Below are positions 12,906 through 25,189 of a DNA stretch of 64,000 bases, piece by piece. The notes below the pieces were generated by a model. The model saw nothing but the letters and a program-made list of their open reading frames with translations, had not been told where the DNA came from and made no database searches. Both the position numbers and the translations under genes were made by a program. Numbering within the stretch: the stretch's first letter is position 1; every line of letters begins with the position of its first letter. This stretch comes from Vicugna vicugna (lineage: Eukaryota). Location of the stretch: positions 1,140,917-1,204,916 of the forward strand of contig MU058418.1 in assembly GCA_013265495.1 (NCBI GenBank). The letters are read 5' to 3'.

Positions 12906-15900
12906 GTAGGAACAGCTATGTTATATGTTATCCTTGATATATATCTTTTATTATGTGTTTAAATATACAGATCTCGTTGGGCTTTTAGTAGATGTTTTAA
13001 TGATAGAACCTAAAAATTATCCTTAAGCCTTTTAAGCCTAGTACAATACATTGCTGATTTACTAGAAAAGAATTTTTTAGGCATTTTAATCTTAACAACA
13101 GTATAACTACAATCATTACACTTTTAAAATTGACTCCTATTAGTGGTCTTGATTTTTAAGTAATTATTGGCTTTTAGATGGTGTTAATATAATATTTATT
13201 TCACTAGGGAGATGAATGAGAATTATTGCTGCTTAAAAATGAGAATACATTCTTTTTTGTGCTCTTGAGTTTAGGACATTTTGAAGATTATGTTTTGGTA
13301 GCATTCAGAATACATTTGCAGAATATATTCCTCGTTAGCTTGGCCATCATTACTAAGTGTAGCATTCCAGTTTTACCTGCGGTATCAGATACACAATTCT
13401 TATCTCATTTGAGAAATTTGTCTAAATAGGATGTTTTTATGTGTTTTAATTGCTTAAGTAAAAGAGTAGGTTTTCCTTAAAATTTTCTTTAGAGTCTTCA
13501 TTATATTCTCCTTGAATATTTGTATTATTATTAAACCGTTTATGATTCTGAAGATACCAGAATACTGAAGGAAACTGAATTTTTTTAAAGTGTTATTTCT
13601 TCCTGTCCTTTTTTAGGGACACTGGATAGATGTTTCACTAATACAGTTCAAAAAAAAAAAAATACGGTTCAAAAAACAAAAAGTCTGATGAGCAGGATAT
13701 CATGCAAAATTCTTCTCTATAAGCTATCAATATCATTTAAAAAATAGTTTTGACCGTTTTTATAAAACAAGAAACCTATTAAAAACTGCTAATAAAAACT
13801 AGATGCTTATTTTTGTGCTAATACTAATTACTGATAATGCATGCTTATGTTTGTCACTCATTACATGGCACTGTACCAATCAGTGGATGACTGAGACTCA
13901 AGCACTTATAGATGTAAATTAACCATTAGATTTTTTTTTCTTTTCTTACTTAAGTGAGTCACAATGGAAAGCAACTCTAGGTCATAAAAAATCTTGTCTC
14001 TTTAATGCTAATGTAATGTCTCCGCTCTCTGTATTAGCAGACTACCCTTGGTAGTAATCTGTAGCCTTCTCCTTTGTTCCTAGTGGTAATGAAATGCTGG
14101 GTGCTGAAAAAGCTCGCTCTTCAAGAATGTGTGGCCAATTGTCTTCTGTTCACTTATACTGTAAAATTGCTGTTCCCCTGCAAAGCCGAACAAGTGCAGG
14201 GGCAAGATCAAAAGAGTATACATTGGCACCCAGCTACACCAAATGACTCCTGCTTTATTAATTAGCCATAGCTTCTCCAAGTTAATTTACTCCGCCAGGG
14301 CAAAAACATTCCGTAATACAAAAACAACAAATTATAATTCAATCACAAGTCTTTATTTTTTTGCTTTCTTCAACTTTCTGTTTAAACCTTTGCACTGTGT
14401 TACAGGCTAAATGTCCCTTCAGTTTTCTGAGTCTCAGGGCACAGAAGCTATTTTTATTTTTTTCAAGAACATCAGTGAGATAAGTTAGATGATTATTTTT
14501 ATTCTCTAAAATTGGGTAATTTTAATTGATATCATTCTTTTTAAAGGCCAGTGTATGGGAATCCAATTTAAAAATGCTGTTGCTTACTAAATTTACAAGC
14601 TTGTTCTGTCCTCTCATCAGAAATGCCACTGGCGTTTAAGCATTTGAAAAGGGCCTTTTCTGTGAATGTTTTGGCGGAAGCAAAATTTGACAATGATCCT
14701 AAGCTCCAAATTAAATAATATCAGTACTACTTTCCTTTTCATTTTAATTGCCACTTTGTAAATTTGAAGCCTTTTTAATTTATGAAATCTTAAGTAGTTT
14801 TTTAGTTAATGTTTTGAAGATATAGCCTGAAACAGCAAAAAAAAGATCTGTACGTCCCCATATCCTGATTTGGTTTGGTTTGGTTCATATGGGAAGGAAA
14901 TAAGTAAACTTTTGAGTAAGATATTAGCTGAACGAGAAAAGTGATTTAGACTTGTGTGTCACCGAGGTTATTGTTGTTAGTTGTGTTATAACACTTTAGT
15001 TGGTAACTTTTAATATTTTGATCTAATTTGAAAAAATTCCACTAGTTTCTATCTACTTTAACATGATTTAAAAATAACAATGTGATATATATTATGTGAT
15101 ACATTTTGTAAGTATAAAATAAGCTTTTTTGAAATGGTTGAAAATGTGCTATTAAACAAAAATCAAAACATTCTTACATTGGGAGCATCCCAAATCCATG
15201 TTGTTATATTCATAGGGGAAGGTGCAGTGATTTCTATCAGCCTTCACTATTTTTTTTGAAGTCAACTTCCTTCCCTCCTTAATTTTTGTATTTCTTTGTG
15301 TTTTTTAAAAGCTTTTTTTTTTTTTTTAAATAAGTTAACATTAAGCTTGCTTGTCAGTTGTGGATTTTTAAAAATAATTTTAAAAAAGATTAACAGTTAT
15401 ATGTATTTTTGTAAATTATATGGAATAATTTTATCTGTATTATGCATTTCTGGTTTTGTCAGAAGTGATTTTTTAAAAATCACTGTGTTAACCATTCTTG
15501 TAAGGTTTTTTCTCTTCTTTTTGGTAGAAGGAATATTTGTGTTTGCGAAGGTTAGCAGAGGCTGGCTGTGCTGGAAGTGACTGCAGTGCCTTTTGATTAT
15601 TCATGGACAGTAATAGAAGGCACTTAAAAAGAACAATGAAATTGCTTATTTTTGTGATGGGCCATCTGTTGAATTGTTTTGTGCAACAATTGCACAATAG
15701 TATCTATGTCATATCATTCTATTTTCAACAGCAGCTGATTATGTCTCACTGGCTACTTGTCCTTATTTCTAAAGTCCCATTACAATTTAAAGTCACCTTT
15801 TCAGAGACCTTTGCCAAAAAGGTATTAAAAATCTCAAACAGCCTGTGTATGTGTTTTTTACTCTTTTTTTCTCTTGCTCCTCTTTTTGGGGGGGAGGGTG

Positions 15901-16254
15901 GCTGTGATAGAAGTAGGAGGGGGGAGTTGATCATGTTCTAATTAATTAGACATCCTAAATGTTTAGGACAATTATCTATGCTTTCCACCTGTAGTTCTAT
16001 AAAAGAAGTTAACATAGAATCATTTGATAATTTGTGTAGAAATGATAGGCTTGAGAAAAAGAAGAGTCAAATTTAAAAGACTACTATACAGTCTTTCATG
16101 CATTTAATTATCTACTCTTTTCTTCATTATGATAATTAGAATTTTTCTCTTGGAATTCACTTCCATCTTTTTTTTTTTTAAAAAAATGAGCCATTAGCAA
16201 ATTTGTTAGAGCAGAAGTGAAATTAAAATAAAACAAATGTGTTGCTGTCCATAG

Positions 16255-16354
16255 GTCACTGACATTGCTGATGCCATGATTCTGAAACAGCTTTTTGAAA
16301 ATCTGTTCAAAAATGGGGTCGTCGTTGTGGCAACATCCAACAGGCCACCGGAAG
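16255..16354 (+). CDS. AFG1L: AFG1L internal coding exon, 100 bp
   Basis: ccatAG acceptor and GTAAAA donor. Translates [33 protein letters not shown](D), containing the AFG1-family TSN motif. Confidence 0.96.
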
Positions 16355-16823
16355 GTAAAAACAAACATTGTGCTAGTCACATCCAATTAGGTGGAAACTA
16401 ACAAGCTTTTAAAAGTCCACAATTTTGTACTCATTTTATTGTGCTAATAAATATGATGACTTTGCTTATCATTAGTTTTATAACTAACTTAATCTGAAAA
16501 CTCAGTATTTGAAAAATGTTTGTATCCTTAGCAAGCTCAATCCAGGTGATCCTTCCGTGTTCGATGCACTTGCTGTTTTTGTCTGAGTATTTGATATGTC
16601 ATATGTACATATCAAAAAATACAGGCCTTTCTAACAGCTTTTTATGAGCCTTAAAAAAAACTCAGTGAAAAGAAAGACAAAACTCCTAATTGAATCTTGG
16701 AAAAAGACTTAAAGCTTGCCTGCATAAGTAGTTGCTGATACTTCATTTAACTTATCATTTCTAAAAAAGCACTTGTGGCTTATGAGAGCATTATTTAAGA
16801 ATTAAAATACAAGATTATATAAT

Positions 16824-16959
16824 GGGGAGGATATAGCTCAATGGTAGAGTGCATGCGAACATGCATAAGGTCCTGGGTTCAATCCCCAGTACCTCCATCA
16901 AAGATAAATAAAACCTAATTACCTCCCCCCAAAAAAACCAAAAATTAAAAAAAACCCAT
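16824..16959 (+). mobile_element. tRNA-derived SINE (camelid vic-1-like)
   Basis: A box tagctcaatggtaga, B box ggttcaatccc, A-rich tail, and TSD aagattatata at 16811-16821 and 16960-16970. Confidence 0.85.
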
Positions 16960-17069
16960 AAGATTATATAGATAAAAAAAGTTTAAAATCTTGTACCTTT
17001 CAGCCCGTCATATGGTCAATTGAAGGTTGAAGGAACCAAAAATATTTTATGCATTCTTAATGTTAATGT

Positions 17070-17555
17070 CTTTGTGCCTGGAATGCTGTTCCACCAGATA
17101 TCTACATGGCTAAGTCCTTACCTTTTTCAGGTCTTTGCTCAAGTGTTACTTTGCCAATGAAGCCTAGACTTACCTCCCTATTTGAATCTATAACCCAAAT
17201 CTTTCTTTTTTTCTGGCACTGCTTCTCCTTACCTGGTCTATTTTTTTTCCCATAGCACTTATGGACCCACATTATAATTTACTTATTTACTGTATTTATA
17301 GTTTCTTGTCAGTCCTCTTTCAGAATGCAAAAGATTACTGTATTTATAGTTTCTTGTCAGTCCTCTTTCAGAATGCAAAAGATTACTGTATTTATAGTTT
17401 CTTGTCAGTCCTCTTTCAGAATGCAAAAGCTTCACGGGGGCAGCAACTTTTGCCTCTTCTGTTCACAGATACATGTATTTTAAGCACCTAGAACAGTACC
17501 TTGCATATGGATGGATCTCAGTGAATAGCCTTGGAATGAATGTTGAATGAATGCA
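17070..17555 (+). mobile_element. L2 3' end containing a 48-bp triplication
   Basis: gcctggaatgct...ccagatatctacatggct...ending in a gaatgaatg tail. Confidence 0.7.
17287..17429. repeat. Tandem repeat, 48-bp unit x3
   Basis: ttactgtatttatagtttcttgtcagtcctctttcagaatgcaaaaga at 17287, 17335 and 17383. Confidence 0.97.
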
Positions 17556-17559
17556 TGTT

Positions 17560-18165
17560 TTTAAAGGATCTCTCTGGTTGCAGTACTGAGAATAGGTTGT
17601 GGGGATGAGGTTTCAAGATTGGAAGTAGAGATAACATTTAGGAGATGATTGTAACAATCCTCAGGGGAGATGCTGGAGCACCGAGGGTAGTGAGAATAGT
17701 CAGATTTTGTAGGCAGAGTCAAAAGGATTTACTGATGGAATGAATATGGGGTATGAAAAAAAAAGAGGTATCAAAGACTCAAAGGTTTTGATCTTAGCAA
17801 TTGAAAGGATAAAATTACTGTTTACTGAGATGGGGAAGATGACAGGAAAAGCTAATTTGGGTAGGAAGGTGGAAGTAGGGGTTTCTACAATTATGAGGCA
17901 GATGCATATAAGAGTTTGGATTTCATTTGAAAGGTTTGTACTAGAGATATAAATTTGAGAATCATCAGTCCTAAAGGAAGCTGAAAGAGCAGTCAGTGAG
18001 TAGGAGGAGAGCCAAGAGAGTATCAAGCAAGGAAAAGGAAAGTGATACAAAAAAGATGGATGATCACCTTTGTTAAGTGCTGCTAGGAGGTGAAAAATGA
18101 GGTAGAAAATTGATCATTGGAATTGGTAACATGGAGTTCATTATTGAACCTGAAAAGGGCAATGT
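17560..18165 (-). mobile_element. L2 fragment
   Basis: Purine-rich antisense L2 text (tttactgagatggggaagat; gagatataaatttgagaatcatcag). Confidence 0.65.
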
Positions 18166-18169
18166 AATA

Positions 18170-18700
18170 TTGTGAGCTGCTTTGTCATCGAATTTGTACC
18201 CAGTTATTACTATGTGAGCTGCTGTCAAACTAGATCTCTCTTTTTCTATATTTGTGTAGTTGATTTTTTCTTCCTGTTACATTCAGCTTATTAGTTTGTC
18301 TATGTTATTCCATATTATTGATCTATGCTGATTTTTTTGAAGTATGATGCTAACAAATTATTTTTAGCTACTCCTACTATGACATTTATAAACTTAGTAA
18401 TCGTGCTTCTATATCTTGAGCCATTCATTAATTAAATATGTAAACAAAATGGGGCCAAGTTTAGACCCCTATACTATACCATTGGAGGCATTATTTTAGG
18501 GAGACATCTATTAGTTAATTAATACTTTTAGATCCAGTTATTCAAACAATTATAGTTATTCCTAATCTGGTATACTATAAGAGAATTAGAAATAATTTTG
18601 TCAGATGCATTTATTAAAATCCTTATAATGTTACGTACAGCATTCTGGTGATTTACTAGTGTAACCACCCTATGAGACAAGGCAGTGAGTTTCTTCATAT
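18170..18700 (-). mobile_element. L3/CR1 reverse-transcriptase remnant
   Basis: Minus-strand translation ASNGIV*GSKLGPILFTYLINE...ITKF resembles CR1 SGVPQGSVLGPVLFNIFIND...IKFADD. Confidence 0.65.
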
Positions 18701-19779
18701 TAGATCATTGAGAGGGACATAAGGTTTGACTCTACTCCAGCTGACTTATTGACTTAGTGGCATCCTCACTGTTGCCTCTAGACATTCAGTGATAAGCTGT
18801 GTTCATAAAGAGCAAGATGCTAGAACAAGCTTAGAATGCCCTCCTAGGAAAGACTGCAGAAAAGAAAATTGCAGTTGGCTGCTCAAGCTACTGCAGTATG
18901 GTGAACTGGGGAAGGACAACTGCAAACAGAGGTTAAGGAACATTTTGGAGCTCATAGCTTTGTAGGAATGAGAAGAGTTATAGGTGCACTAAGGTAGCAC
19001 ATAGCAATTCGAGGTGGAACCACCCTTCTGGAGAGGACTGAACATCCAAGATACAGAATTCCAAGAATTTGGCATTGGCCTCAAATTTAAAGAAAGCTTT
19101 TTCTAAATGTGAACCTAGACAGGATGCTTATCATACACCAGGTTTCTTAGCAATAGCCAACAACTAATCATCATAAGTAGCTTAATATTTTAATATAAAG
19201 AAGATGGTATGTATATATGCCATCTCCTAATGTTGTGTATGTGTGTAACACACACATGTATATATAATTTTTTGTATATAATTTCATGGATGAAGAAATA
19301 AGACTTAGAGAGATTAAGTATGAAGAGGTAAACATATAGGACAAAGAATGGGTCAGTGGTTGCCGGGGCTGGAGTAGGGAGGTATTTGACTACAAAGGGC
19401 CAACATGAGAGAGTTTTAAGGGGAGGTTTGAAACTGTTTTGTATCCTGATTCCAGTGGTGGTTACATGTGTTAAAACCCATAGAACTGGACAACAAAAAG
19501 TTAATTTTCCTGCGTATAAATTAAAAACAAGTCACATGGATAGTGAGTGGCAGAACAGGGGCTGTGACATAGGTTTTTGTGACTATTTTCACAGATTATC
19601 CTTTATCTTTTCTCCTTGTTGGTCATCACTGATCTTTGTCTACCCTGTCCCAGATATACTGTATCCTCTTTCCCTGTCATCAAGATGCATTCAGCTTTTT
19701 CTTCAGGTACAGCTTTAAATCTACAGCCCCCAGGTAGTTATTATCATTTTAAAAATAGCATATACTTATTCTCAGAGTA

Positions 19780-20545
19780 TTACAAGAAGTGAGAGAAGAA
19801 CCTTCCTGGCAGAAGTCCAGTGGTTGGAGAGAGTGGCCCATTTTAGGAATTGAAAGGTAGCCAGTGTGGCTGGAGTGCAGTGAATGAGGGGAAGTAGAAT
19901 GCAGTGAGGTATAAGGTGAATCTGAAGAAGTGAGATCTGGGACCTTATAAAGCAGTATGATTTTATTCTGAGAGAGATGGGAAGCCATTGTAGTGCTTTA
20001 AGCAGAGACTAACAAGGTTGGATTCGGAATATCACTGTGGTTATAGTATAGAGAGTGGGTTATGGGATGGGGTGCAGTAATATGGCAGATTTAGGGAGAC
20101 ATATTAGGAGGCTATTGCAATATACTGGGCAAGGAATAACGATAGCTTGGTATAAGGCAGTGATTCTCAACTAGGTGGCTGTTATGCAAACCAGTGGATA
20201 TTTGGCAATGTTCAAGACGTCTTTGGTTGTCACAACTAGGCAGGATGGGGTGTGGGTGCTGCTACTGGTATCTAGTAGGTAGAAGCCAGGAATTTTACCA
20301 AAACATCCTGTAGTGTACAGGGATATCCCCCACAGCAAAGAATTATATAGCCCAGAATATCTATGGTTTCAAGGTTGAGAAAACCTGGTATAGGGTGATG
20401 CCAATGGAAATGGAGAGGATAGATCTGAAAGATATTTAACAAGTAAGACAGAAAGTACCTAGTTATACGTTGGATATTGAGGGAAAAGGAAAGGACAATT
20501 TCTGAATTTCTGGCTTGTACAACTAACTAGGTGAGTGGTGGTGCC
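19780..20545 (-). mobile_element. L2 fragment hosting MER20
   Basis: gccagtgtggctggagtgcagtga...gatgggaagccattg...aggaggctattgcaat. Confidence 0.65.
20158..20387. mobile_element. MER20 (hAT-Charlie)
   Basis: Terminal inverted repeats cagtgattctcaac and gttgagaaaacctg; 8-bp TSD gtataagg/gtataggg. Confidence 0.85.
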
Positions 20546-22029
20546 TTTATTCAATACAGTCAGAATAATCTGGAGGTTAGAGGTCTAGAAGATATTGCCC
20601 AGTGGAGAACAATGCATATTCCACCCCCACCCCCAACTCTTTAGCCTCTCTGTTTAATTTTCTTCCACATCATTCTTCTCATCCCCTCTATTTCTAGCTA
20701 TAGTGCATTAATTTCCTGGGCAAGAATGAGTGTTGTTGTTGGAGATTACAGTCTCATACCCTCATCTTTTATTTGTCAATAGCTTAATTGTAAATTTATA
20801 GATAAATTATTAATTTTAATAGAAAATGATAAGAAACATTTAATAAATAATTAATCATTTTAATAGAAAGTAATTTATAGTCAAGTAAAAGCAACACCAG
20901 AATTTAGGAACTTAGGAGAGAAAATAGCAATGGAGGGGAGTGGTCTGGGAAAGTCCAGAAGAAAAGAAAGGGAAGCAATACTTCAGGGGGTAAAGGAAAT
21001 AAGTTATTGAAGAGTGACTGCCTGTATGTCACTGTTTTTTCTCGTCCTCACTTTTAAGTCCTACCTTGCTTGGGTCCAGGCCTCATTCTATGTATACCAT
21101 GTGGTTGTTAAAACTCAAAACCAGTGTCAGCTCATGATTACTACTTTAGCTTTTAGCTTCCTGTTTGTTTACTGGCCTGCAGGGATTTTCCTACTTTCTT
21201 GCAAGCTCAAAATATATTTGCTATATTTTAAACATGTGTAGCATAACATTTGTAGTACTATTATTTTATATTTTTTAGTGTAATCTGGTTAAGGTTCTTG
21301 AACTTGAAGCAGAGAAGATCCATAGGAATAAGAAATTACTGGGAAATTTTTAGATAAAAATATATCTAGTTGATATTCAATTTCTCATTTTTATAAAATC
21401 TCAAGTAAATGATTTATTTAGCATTTTTGTCATTTAGGTAAATAACTGTATATGGCCCATATGAAAATAGACATATTTTTACTTTTCAAGGACTATACTG
21501 TCAGGTCATTAGAAAAACCAGAAACAAAAATCAACAATTAAAATAGCATATATATGCTAGTCACTTTCTAGGTTCTGAAATAAAATTTTGTTAATTCCAT
21601 GATATTCTGGTAGGGAAAATAATATTTTAGATTTAAATGCTTGGAGACCTAACAACAAATTAATAATAGACTGGTAGATTAAATTAATTAAAATAAAAAT
21701 TAATAATTAAACTTAAGAACTTATCCAATCAAAAATAAGAGTATATTTTTATGGGGAAAAAGAATATGTAAGTTGAAATGACTGCTTCTTTGACAGTAAA
21801 ACACAAAGTGCTAAAAAGAAAAAGGTCCTCTTGATTGGTGAATTCTGGACCTTCTAATTTTTAATTCACTATTTATTATAATCAGAATGCTACAGATAGC
21901 ATTAGAATGTCTGAGAATAATCCTGTCTTACTTAGGTTATCAGCCTACAACACTGTGTGATTCTTACTCAAGCTAACATGTCTGTAGTAAAAAGACTGGG
22001 TATCACTAGAAAGTTGGCACATACACACA

Positions 22030-22330
22030 TGCTCGTGTAATTTATCATATTAATACTTCTAGGGAGAAAAAAAATCCATTAATTTTCACTATAAAAGCTT
22101 GAAAAGCATTTGGCAAAATTCAACATCTTGATAGAATCACTTCATGAAATATAAATAGATGGAGAATTTCTTAATATGATACCAAATATATGTTTATCAG
22201 TTCAAAAGTCAGAATTATGCTAACTAGGGACACTGTGGTATTTCTACTACAAGTATGAACAAGGCAAGGATGCCAACTATCACTTTTTAACATTGAACTA
22301 CATTACAGACAGAAAGAGTATAAGAACAAC
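22030..22330 (+). mobile_element. Ancient L1 ORF2 remnant
   Basis: Degenerate gaaaagcatttggcaaaattcaacat...acaaggcaaggatgcc, homologous to the start of the adjacent young L1. Confidence 0.6.
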
Positions 22331-22547
22331 TAGGTGGATAGGGAGGCGAATCACCACATATCTTGACTACAAGTGTTCCCAAGATTAGTCATACAACTCT
22401 TTTTTCAAGATTATGTAAACAAAAAATACCTTAATATGGGACAATAAGTAGGAAGGAGAAATAAGTATTAGAAAATTTCTGTTTTGTATTCTCTAAAAAT
22501 CAGGAAAGTATAGACCCTGTGATAAAGAAGATCTAAACTGAGAGACA

Positions 22548-24932
22548 CATCAACAAGAGAAAGGACAAAAACCACATGATCATCTCAATAGATGCAGAAA
22601 AAGCATTTGATAAAATTCAACACCCATTTATGATAAAAACTCTCACCAAAGTGGGTATAGAGGGAACATATCTCAACATAATAAAAGCTATATATGACAA
22701 ACCTACAGCCAGCATAGTACTCAATGGTGAAAAACTCAAAAGCTTCCCACTAAAATCTGGGACAAGACAAGGATGCCCACTATCACCACTCCTGTTCAAC
22801 ATAGTCTTGGAAGTCCTAACCACAGCAATCAGACAAGAGAGAGAAATAACAGGGATCCAAATTGGAAAAGAAGAGGTAAAAGTGTCACTATATGCTGATG
22901 ACATGTTACTATATATAGAAAACCCTAAAAGGTCCACACAAAAACTGCTAGTGCTGATCGATGAATTCAGCAAGGTAGCAGGTTACAAGATTAACGTTCA
23001 AAAATCAGTTGCATTTCTTTACACTAACAATGAATCAACAGAAAAAAAAAGTAAAGAAACAATCCCCTTTAAAATAGCAACCAAAGTAATCAGATACCTA
23101 GGAATAAATCTAACCAAGGAGGTGAAAGACTTATACATGGAAAACTATAAAACACTGATTAAGGAAATTAAAGAAGACTTTAAAAAATGGAAAGATATCC
23201 CATGCTCTTGGATTGGAAGAATCAATATTGTTAAAATGGTCATACTGCCCAAGGCAATCTACAGATTTAATGCAATCCCTATCCAATTACCCAGGACATA
23301 GTTCACAGAACTAGAACAAATCATAATAAAATTTATATGGAACCATCAAAGACCTAGAATTGCTAAAGCATTACTGAAGAGATAGAAAGAGGCTGGAGGA
23401 ATAACTCTCCCAGACTTCAGACAATACTATAGAGCTACAGTCATCAAGACAGCATGGTATTGGTACAAAAACAGACATATAGACCAACAGAACGGAATGG
23501 AGAACCCAGAAATGAACCCACAAACTTTTGGTCAACTAATCTTCGATAAAGAATGCAAGAATATACAGTGGAATAAAGACAGTCTCTTCAGCAAATTGTG
23601 TTGGGAAAACTGGACAGCAGCATGTAAAACAATGAAGCTAGAACACTCCCTTACACCATACACAAAGATCAATTCAAAATGGATCAAAGATTTAAACATA
23701 AGACAAGATACAATAAACCTCCTAGAGGAAAATATAGGCAAAACATTATCTGACATACATCTCAGAAATGTTCTCCTAGGACAGTCTACCCAAGCAATAG
23801 AAACAAAAGCAAGAATAAATAAATGGGACCTAATGAAACTTATAAGCTTCTGCACAGCAAAGGCAACCATAAGTAAAACAAAAAGACAACCTACAGAATG
23901 GGAAAAAATTTTGCAAATGAAACCAACAAAGGCTTGATCTCCAGAATACATAAGCAGCTCATACGACTTAATAAGAAAAAAAATAAACAACTCAATCCAA
24001 AAATGGGCAGAAGACCTAAACAAGCAATTCTCCAAGGAAGACATACAAATGATCAATAGGCACATGAAAAATGCTCAGTATCAGTAATTATCAGAGAAAT
24101 GCAAATCAAACTACAATGAGGTATCACCTCACACTAGTCAGAATGGCCATCATTCAAAAACCCACAAATGACAAATGCTGGAGAGGCTGTGGAGAAAAGG
24201 GAACCCTCCTACACTGCTGGTGGGAATGCAGTTTGGTGCAGCCACTGTGGAAAACAGTATGGAGAGTCCTCAAAAGACCAGGAATAGACTTACCGTATGA
24301 CCCAGGAATCCCACTCCTGGGCTTGTATCCAGAAGGAAATCTACTTCAAAATGACACCTGCACCCCAATGTTCATAGCAGCACAATTTACAATAGCCAAG
24401 ATGTGGAAACAGCCTAAATGCCCATCAACAGATGACTGGATAAAGAAGTGGTATATTTATACAATGGAATACTACTCAGCCATAAAAGCCGGCAACATAA
24501 CGCCATTTGCAGCAACATGGATGTTCCTGGAGAATGTCATTCTAAGTGAAGTAAGCCAGAAAGAGAAAGAAAAATACCATATGAGATAGCTCATATGTGG
24601 GATCTAAAAAAAAAAAAAAGCATAAATATAAAACAGAAATAGACTCATAGACATAGAATACAAACTTGTGGTTGCCAAGGGGGCAGGGGGGTGGGAAGAG
24701 ATAGACTGGGATTTCAAAATTGTAGAATAGGTAAACAAGATTATACTGTATAGCACAGGGAAATATATACAAGATCTTATGGTAGCTCACAGAGAAAAAG
24801 ATGTGACAATGAATGTATGTTATGTTCATGTGTAACTGAAAAATTCTGCTCTACACTGGAATTTGACACAACATTGTAAAATGATTATAAATCAATAAAA
24901 AATGTTAACAAAATTATTTAAGAAAATAAAAA
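22548..24932 (+). mobile_element. Young 5'-truncated L1 (RT, C-terminus, 3'UTR, poly-A), ORF2 disrupted
   Basis: ORFs 22576-23301 ([14 protein letters not shown]), 23497-23937 and 24071-24589. 14-bp TSD taaactgagagaca at 22534-22547 and 24933-24946. Confidence 0.97.
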
Positions 24933-24982
24933 TAAACTGAGAGACAGATTGAGTTGAAAACCGTTTTACCAAGAAGTCACCC

Positions 24983-25189
24983 GAAATAAAAGAATGCTAG
25001 GTGAAATAAGAGAATTTAAGTAAGTCAGTTAAAATCAGCATTAGAAGCACTGAAATAAAAGAATGCTAGGTGAAATAAGAGAATTTAAGTAAGTCAGTTA
25101 AAATCATCATTAGAAGCACTGAAATAAAAGAATGCTAGGTGAAATAAAAGAATTTAAATATATCAGTTCAAATCAGCATTAGAAGCACT
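24983..25189. repeat. Tandem repeat, 69-bp unit x3
   Basis: gaaataaaagaatgctaggtgaaataagagaatttaagtaagtcagttaaaatcagcattagaagcact at 24983, 25052 and 25121. Confidence 0.97.

Noticed and set aside
16108..16386. Minus-strand 92-aa ORF over an exon
   Set aside because: Antisense shadow of the AFG1L exon with no independent support.
16824..16896. Possible tRNA gene (also 35475-35550)
   Set aside because: Followed by a SINE body, A-rich tail and TSD, with degenerate stems.
17261..17491. ORF with a 16-aa repeat, or a CRISPR-like array (also 24983-25189)
   Set aside because: Head-to-tail tandem duplications with no unique spacers, in mammalian intronic DNA.
18720..19150. Complex sequence tested as another pseudogene
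   Set aside because: The frames I translated gave no recognisable protein; left unassigned.
22576..24589. Reverse-transcriptase ORFs as an active element or host gene
   Set aside because: 5'-truncated L1 with in-frame stops (e.g. 23299-23301) and frameshifts; no ORF1 or promoter.
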